A stretch of 63,876 nt of DNA, filler included, from Reclinomonas americana ATCC 50394 (lineage: Eukaryota): assembly GCA_048213135.1 (NCBI GenBank). It is 16 parts of 16 records of this genome, joined end to end, with 100 filler letters (N's around TTAATTAATTAA, not from the genome) between each part and the next. Parts side by side here need not be neighbours in the genome. Positions count along the whole stretch, not along the records: positions 46,899 to 58,871 come from AFZH01017863.1; positions 58,972 to 61,611 come from AFZH01017865.1; positions 61,712 to 62,769 come from AFZH01017881.1; positions 62,870 to 63,876 come from AFZH01017914.1; 12 more parts are not named here. The stretch is one strand, 5' to 3'. The translations under genes and the position numbers were made by a program. This document shows positions 58,001-63,876 of this stretch, piece by piece. A model generated the notes under the pieces. It was not told the DNA's origin, did no database searches, and worked only from the letters and a program-made list of their open reading frames with translations. Position 1 is the stretch's first letter; every line of letters starts with the position of its first letter.

Positions 58001-58871
58001 TGCAGATTATATCACGCCGAGCATGGTGTCGGTGCGCGCCGTGGGCCGAGTCAAGCCTGCTTCTCTTCTCCTGCTGACTGACTACGCATGTCGCGCTCGC
58101 AGCATTGTGGTTGGTCGTCATTGAGAATGCGCCAGTGTACACGCCGACACTCGCCGAATTGTTCCACTACATGGTGAGCATGGCGGAGGACGAGGATTTG
58201 CAGGATCCGAGCATGGTGTACAAGATGTTGCAGTTGGTCGACGGCTACGTGCTCCTCGGCGAGGCGGATTTCATGAATGTTGCGTGCACGTTCGATTGAG
58301 GGTGGAGATGGGGAGGAGAGAGAGAGAGAGAGAGAGAGGTGAGTGATGCTGAGTGTGTGGCCATAGACCTTTAGCGAGCGCCTGCCGCGTGTGCTGCTGG
58401 GCATCATTGAGCACATTCGCGAGGCGGCCATCATCAAGGTGTCGGATGTGTGCCAGACCATGATCCAGCTCTTCCCGGAGAACGCGCCCGCCATGTTGCA
58501 CGACGTGTTTTTGCATCTAGTTGACAAACTGTTCTCCGATGAGGTGCGTTGAGACACGGATAGAAGCGCTGTGTGTCAGCTGGTGACCCATCGCATGTTT
58601 TGCGCAGAGCTCGCTGGTCGGTCTGCACACGATTTGTCTCATGTCGCGGCTTCGCGTGCAAAACTCTGCGTACTTTGAGGAGTTCTTCAAGTCCCTGAGT
58701 CAGAGCCAGCAGCAGGACTGCTTCCAGCCGTTCTTCACCAAGATGTTGACCATGGTGCGGTGGTGACTCGCGTTCCTTCACCCACCAACGCGAGAGAGAG
58801 AGACTGACACAGTTGTGCGTGCAGTTCGACGACGGTGTGTACTCGACGTTGAACAAGAAGATGTGGTCGCT
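55013..58871 (+). CDS. IPO11: Importin-11 (Kap120-like) karyopherin, 3' end in gap
   Basis: Importin N-domain, IPAEEKQMLR, LLSKIARADYPLEWETLF, VLKELATK, DLEMWEKDPESF, LLRDSVYYALG...YEL, ILRRRAVWL, DLVLRLTA. About 18 introns. Confidence 0.85.
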
Positions 58872-59051
58872 NNNNNNNNNNNNNNNNNNNNNNNNNNNNN
58901 NNNNNNNNNNNNNNNTTAATTAATTAANNNNNNNNNNNNNNNNNNNNNNNNNNNNNNNNNNNNNNNNNNNNCAAACGGTGGGCGCACGTGCCCTTGTTAT
59001 TTATTTCTCTCCTTCCATTCATGCGTTCCCTCACGTGTGCGTGCCATGCAG

Positions 59052-61575
59052 AACGATTTGCGGCACACCCAACTACATTGCTCCCGAGGTGCTGGATGCC
59101 AAGATTGGACACTCGTTTGAGGTGGATGTGTGGTCACTCGGTGTGATTTTGTACACAATGGCCATTGGTCGGCCGCCGTTTGAGACGTCGGATGTGAAGA
59201 GCACGTACCGACGCATCAAGGCCAACAACTACACATTCCCCGACCACGCGCAAATCTCGGACGAGCTGCGCGCCCTCATCACTTCGGCACTGCAGTCGGA
59301 TCCTCGTTGCGTCTCGACAGCCAGCGGTGATATTATTGTGTTTTCATCGCCACTCATTGCGCACGTGAACAGAACAAAGGCCAACAGTCGACGACATGCT
59401 CAACTCGGAGTTCTTCACACGCTACATGATTCCCACCGAGCTGCCGCAGTCGTCGCTGCAGACTGAGCCGCCATTCCCGTCGGCCTTCTACGAGCGACAG
59501 GCCGTGGCCACGGCTCCAACGATTGTGGCCGGCTCCGACAGAGAAAAGGATGTGCGTACTGCAGTGTTTTTTGCAGGCTACCGCCACCAACGCCACCATC
59601 TCATCTCTTGTCTCTCCATGCCTTCAGCGAGGTGCATCGTCATCATCATCATCATCGTCCTCCACAACAGCTTCAGCCGCCGCCGCTGCTGCTGCTGCTG
59701 CTGGCTCTTCTTCGTTGGCATCACGTCCGCGATCAGCGTCCAGCCAACGACCACCGACTGCCACGGGAGCACCATCGCCACTGGTCAACGCCCCGAATGC
59801 AATGATGCCCGGCAGCTCATCACCTCTGGTGCCGTCACTTCAGTTGCATCAGCAGCAACTGTCACCGGCCGGTGCACTGCAGCCACTGCACCAGCAGGGC
59901 CCGCTGGCACCACCGCCAGCTGTGGTCGGCTCTCGAGTGCGCCCGCAGTCGGCAACCGCAGTCATGTCGTCAACACCGGTCTCGGCCGCCGCTGCCCCGC
60001 AGTCGTCACGATCCCGAGGTTGGTGCTCTCTCTCTCTCTCGTTACCCCTCAGCGCAACGCAATCCGATTTGCAGTCTCACACGCCTCTTGTCCACGCGCA
60101 GGACCGACGGCATCGCCTGTCGGCACAGCCACTGCCATCACGGTTCCGACACTGGTGGTCCCACAGGCCGTCTCCGGTGGTGCGTCGACACCCACTGGCT
60201 CGTCGGCGCCTAAATCGTCGCGCCGTGTGGCTTCGTCACGCGACCCGAGTCCGGCACCTGCCGCCACCGAGGTCGACGACGACGATCGTGGCAACCTCAC
60301 CGCCATGTACGAGACCCTTGCGCAGTCCATGTGTGTCCTCGAGTCGGAGGGCGGAGCGAACGGACAGGGAGATCAGGAGAATGCTGCGCCGGTTGACAAT
60401 CCAGCGCCGAGCAGCCGAGTTTCGTCTCGCGCCGCCGCAGCAGCGGCTGGTGTTGCCGCCGTCGTGCCGCAGAGTTCGGCGTCGTCGCGCCCTCTGAGCG
60501 CCTCACCAATGACCAATGCGCCGGCGGCCACACAAATGGCAGCGGCCTTCAGCAAGGTGTTGGTGGTGGAGCAAGTGGCGCCAGGACCGTCCTCATCGTC
60601 GTCATCCTCGGTGGCTGCCTCGTCGGGCAAGCCACTGCCAGAGCCGACGGTGTGGGTCGTCAAGTACGCCGACTTTACCGAAAAGTATGGCTTGGCCTAC
60701 CGCCTGAACGACGGCTCCACCGGTGTGCACTTTAACGACTCGACCAAGATGATTCTCAACCAGGACGAGTTGCGCGACACTCTTCTTCTTTCGATGCCTT
60801 CTCCACTCTGCTCACTCTGGCGCGCAGCTCTGTGGAGTACTTTGAGAGGAAAAAGTCGTCGGCTGGCGCCTACGACAAGTACCACTGCTTCTCGCTGTCG
60901 AACTACCCGGACAACCTGAAGAAGAAGATCACGCTGATCACCTACTTCCAGAATCACTTGGACGAGGGTGTGCGTCCGACGGCACGCAACGGCCCGCTGA
61001 GCACCGTGAAGGGCGAGCAGAACCTGGTCTACGTCAAGCGGTGGCTGTCAACCCGCCACGCCATGATCTTCCGCCTCAGCAACAAGTGCGTGCAAGTCAA
61101 CTTCCACGACGGCACCGAGTTGATTCTGAGCTCGGAGGCCCGCGCGGTGACGTACACTGGCACTGACAAGCGCCGCACCACGCACCACCTGTCGGATATC
61201 ACACGCAATCCGCACCCGGAGGTGGCCAAGCGTCTCAAGTTCACCAAGAACGTGCTGTACCAGCTGATCGACAACCAAGGGCACCACGGCCAGTCGGCGG
61301 CGCCCACGGCCTCCTCAGGCCCCAGCGGCTGCAAGTCGTCGCGCGATTCTGCCGGCAGTGCAAACGGCGACGCGGCGGCGGCCACGGCTGCTGCGCTCAT
61401 GCAGCCTTCGGCGTCGTCAATGACGTCGTCGAGGCGACAGGCGGCCGCCGCCGCAGCCGCCGCTGCATCGGCTGTGGCTGTCGGATCGACTGGTTTGATG
61501 CCGGCAGCTGCGCCTCCGGCACGGCCATTGTCGGCACCAGTTGCTCGCCAGCAGTTGGTGGCTGGCGCGCGGTAA
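59052..61575 (+). CDS. PLK1: Polo-like kinase (5' half of the kinase domain in gap)
   Basis: [14 protein letters not shown]...[25 protein letters not shown]. Polo box 1 [16 protein letters not shown]...GVHFNDSTK, linker [11 protein letters not shown], polo box 2 [27 protein letters not shown]. Confidence 0.95.
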
Positions 61576-61812
61576 TTCGACGAATGTGTGTTTTGCAATT
61601 TTTGCTAGTAGNNNNNNNNNNNNNNNNNNNNNNNNNNNNNNNNNNNNNNNNNNNNTTAATTAATTAANNNNNNNNNNNNNNNNNNNNNNNNNNNNNNNNN
61701 NNNNNNNNNNNTACCTACTCGGTAACGGAACGTAACGTACGTACACACGACGACGTAGTGTCGTCTCTCTACCACTCTACTCTCGTCTCTCCTCCTCCTC
61801 CTCGTCACACTA

Positions 61813-61863
<51 letters not shown>

Positions 61864-61900
61864 ACTCCCTTGTTTCCCTCTCTCTTCCCCTCACTCTTAC

Positions 61901-62011
61901 CATGTGCGGAAAGTCCTCCGAGGTGCGCACCAGGCGCTTCAATCGCGTCGTGAGACTCCCGTGGATCTCCAGTGCATCCAGCGAGCGCGGCTGGTACTTC
62001 TCCGCGTACAT
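61901..62011 (-). CDS. Replication factor C small subunit (human RFC3 / yeast Rfc5 type), first exon only
   Basis: MYAEKYQPRSLDALEIH...DFPHM followed by a GTAAGA donor. The rest is presumably in the gap. Confidence 0.75.
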
Positions 62012-62142
62012 TCTCGAAGGCAAACCCAGTGTCAAGCGAAATTTCACGCGTGTGCGGGAAACAATAAACATCACGATGTGATGGACGCCGTCGACATGTG
62101 TCGCCCCATCAACGGCTGTTTGTTTGCTCATCTGCTTTCGCG

Positions 62143-63779
62143 ATGGCGTCTACGTTTGGCCGCTCGATGCGTGACGGCATGTCGTCGCCCGACATGCACA
62201 AGTTGCCGACGAACATTCGCCAGTCGCAAGCCACCGCCACGCATGTGCCTCCACCGCTGTTTGGCGTTTCGTCTTCTCGCTCTTTAGTCTCTGTCTCTCT
62301 CTCTCTGTGTGCTGACTGTTTCGCCACAGCCGACAGCCGTGCGTCGCAAGATGAAGGAAGATGCCAAGGAGGCAGCGTTGCAGGCATCGCAGCCGCCGCA
62401 GCGTCGTGTGAGCATCAAGCGGCCAAGCACAACAGGGTACGCGCGCGCGTTTCGTGTGTCCTTCGTCGTCCTCTTTACCCTCGCTCACTCGTTCTCTCGT
62501 GGTGGGGTAGCTCGGGGCATGGGAGTCCGGTGCACACGGACACGCTGGATACGGCGGGATCGCCACCGAGACGCATGTCGAGCAGTGCGGGGGACGGGTC
62601 GCAGCGGCGAGCGTCGACGGCTCACGCGTCGCCCACGTCCGTCAAGGCCGACGTCGACGAGGATGCGTATGCGGAGAGTCGCCGCCTTCTCAATCTGCAG
62701 CAGGAAGTGCTGGAGATGGACGTTGAGTGATGATGGATTCTCCGATCCGCTCCGTCATTTCTGTGTGTCNNNNNNNNNNNNNNNNNNNNNNNNNNNNNNN
62801 NNNNNNNNNNNNNTTAATTAATTAANNNNNNNNNNNNNNNNNNNNNNNNNNNNNNNNNNNNNNNNNNNNAGAGGAAGGGAGAGAGAGGAAGGGAGAGAGA
62901 GGAAAGGAGAGAGAGGAAAAGAGAGAGAGAGAGCAAGCGAGAGGGCGAGTGAGTGAGCGAGCGAGAGAGAGAGAGAGAGAGCGAGGGAGTGTGAGTTCTG
63001 CTTTTCTCTCTCTCTCCCTCATGTCACAAAGAGAGAGCTCCCCTTGTCGCCACAACTCAGCGACGAACACAACAAAAAACAAACTTCGACGTCCCGCGGA
63101 CATGCATTGCAACACGAGGATTGCAAGAGCAGCTCACGCCTGTTGCAACTAGATCACACACACCGAGCCTTCTCCTCCTCCCCGTTGTCGCCACAACACA
63201 GCGACGAACGCACATGAGAGCAAGCTTCCGTCGACGTCCCACGGACATTTGCATTGCAACATGAGGATTGCAAGAGCGGCACTCGAGCGGGCTTCATTAG
63301 TACGACAAGAACACGCGCACGTTGTCTCCAACCTTCCCGTTGTCGCCGCATTACATCAACGAGTAGAGCACAAACTTCCGTCGACGTCCCACGGACATTT
63401 GCAACACGAGGATTGCAAGCACAGCTCACGAGCGTGCATGACCTGTTGCAACCGGAGCACACGCACACTATGTCCACCTTCCCCTTGTCGCCACAACACA
63501 GCGACGAGCGCAACAGAAACAAACTTCCGTCGACGTCCCGCGCGCGGACATTTGCAACACGAACGAGGATTGCAAGCGCAGCTCACGCCTCTGTTGCAAC
63601 TAGATCACACGCACCGAGCATTCCTCTCCTCTCACGCTGCACGCACACGCGCGTCTCGTCACCCCCACCATCTGTCCTGCGACGTCTCTTTGTTTGATAC
63701 AAACAGTATGGGCGCCAAGGGCTCTCGCGGCGATCAGTTCAGCGGAGGCGCTGGTGGACGCGCAGAGAGCAGTCTACAG
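62143..63779 (+). CDS. Hypothetical Ser/Pro-rich protein, partial
   Basis: Exons MASTFGRSMRDG..., PTAVRRKMKEDAKE..., SGHGSPVHT...LNLQQEVLEMD. A probable further exon lies at about 63707-63779. Confidence 0.5.
63041..63633. repeat. Four-copy tandem repeat with units of about 140-155 bp
   Basis: Units start near 63041, 63181, 63336 and 63481 and share TTGTCGCC...AACTTC(CGTC)GACGTCCC..GGACAT..TGCAACACGAGGATTGCAAG. Confidence 0.92.
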
Positions 63780-63876
63780 TTGAGTCGGGAAAGAGAGAGA
63801 AGATGCTCAGAGAGGAGCTCTGTGAGGAGTTGACTGACGTGTTCTTGCTCTCTCTCTCTCACTCTCTCTCTCTCTC

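Noticed and set aside
63041..63633. CRISPR-like or spliced-leader array reading of the tandem repeat
   Set aside because: The variable parts are homologous between units rather than unique spacers, no cas genes are present, and no clear leader-GT-Sm site layout is visible.

Overview
Eukaryotic nuclear DNA from a GC-rich, gene-dense and very intron-rich organism, most likely a unicellular protist. I cannot assign the lineage from this window. It is a scaffold with 15 artificial 100-nt gap spacers (N44-TTAATTAATTAA-N44), and gap edges often carry (CA)n/(GA)n microsatellites and pyrosequencing-type noise. Splicing the ORF fragments by hand gives about 27 genes with short (mostly 55-110 nt) GT-AG introns and the standard genetic code. 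Recognisable genes: kelch protein, multi-pass membrane protein, VPS4-like ATPase, CBP80/NCBP1, acyl-CoA oxidase, BAP31-like, PARP, TRAPPC9, APRT, a bacterial-type beta-lactamase-fold serine hydrolase, purple acid phosphatase-like, U-box/kelch, ankyrin-like, SMP-30-like, two tandem arrestins, SRR1-like, SDH5-like, DDX10, phosducin-like, a CBS-domain GMP reductase, importin-11, polo kinase and an RFC subunit. Most notable: (1) an abundant second class of 5' splice site, N|GTTGCG, that looks like a one-nucleotide register shift of G|GTGCG; (2) an IMPDH-like gene that reads as a trypanosomatid-type CBS-domain GMP reductase with possible dual targeting signals; (3) a plant-type SDH5 candidate; (4) an intron-filled bacterial-type esterase; (5) very short intergenic spacers; (6) an intronic tandem repeat with three conserved hairpins per unit. 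All gene models and family calls are manual and from memory. No database search was run, and boundaries near gaps are approximate.
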